Source: Octopus sinensis
Lineage: Eukaryota
Length of the DNA stretch: 49,021 nucleotides
NCBI RefSeq assembly: GCF_006345805.1
Contig: NW_021834384.1
Span: forward strand, 1-49,021
Reading direction: 5' to 3'
The notes below the pieces were generated by a model. The model was not told the DNA's origin, did no database searches, and saw only the letters and a program-made list of their open reading frames with translations. The stretch's first letter is position 1; every line of letters begins with the position of its first letter. Position numbers and translations under genes: made by a program. Positions 48,781-49,021 of the stretch are shown piece after piece.

Positions 48781-49021
48781 AGTTAAATTGTGAAATATAT
48801 TTGTCACCTAAATGTGGCTGACCCATAAGGGGACGATGCTACTGTTGTTTATAGCCCCAGGAAGACATCTCCTCCAGCTGGCTAACGACACACTCTCTGT
48901 ACCCGATCAGTATTTACAAAGGGAAATCATCGTTCCCACCTCCTGCCTGACGTGATACACACGGACCCGGGTTTCTGAATATTGACCTGCCATCAGCGTA
49001 TGACAACCATCGGTTGGCGAC

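Overview
Eukaryotic, AT-rich, repeat-saturated non-coding DNA with no prokaryotic features and no confidently callable host protein-coding exon. The SINE families and microsatellite density look like an octopus (coleoid cephalopod) genome; this is inferred from pattern familiarity, not from a search. Most supplied ORFs are microsatellite read-through artefacts. The real protein remnants all come from transposons: R4/Dong-type RLE LINEs, L1/Tx1-clade LINEs, CR1-clade LINEs, RTE LINEs, a DD37D maT-type mariner and a Tc1 element with DD36E spacing. At least five short-element families recur, labelled here A-F as working names. The four most notable observations are: (1) a tRNA-headed SINE whose 3' module holds a Penelope-type minimal hammerhead-ribozyme core, split by a Dong LINE inserted in its internal (AAT)n; (2) a ~50-bp 3' tail shared between Tx1-clade LINE ends and SINE subfamily C1; (3) Tx1 ends sitting in different microsatellites, plus a five-unit SINE C concatemer with recurrent same-base junctions, suggesting target-selective or self-targeting insertion; (4) an (AAT)n-associated guild of Dong LINEs and a headless ~560-bp element. 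A 90/180-bp higher-order minisatellite, a large microsatellite-centred palindrome and an inverted 500-bp duplication are also present. All coordinates were read by eye and may be off by a few bases.
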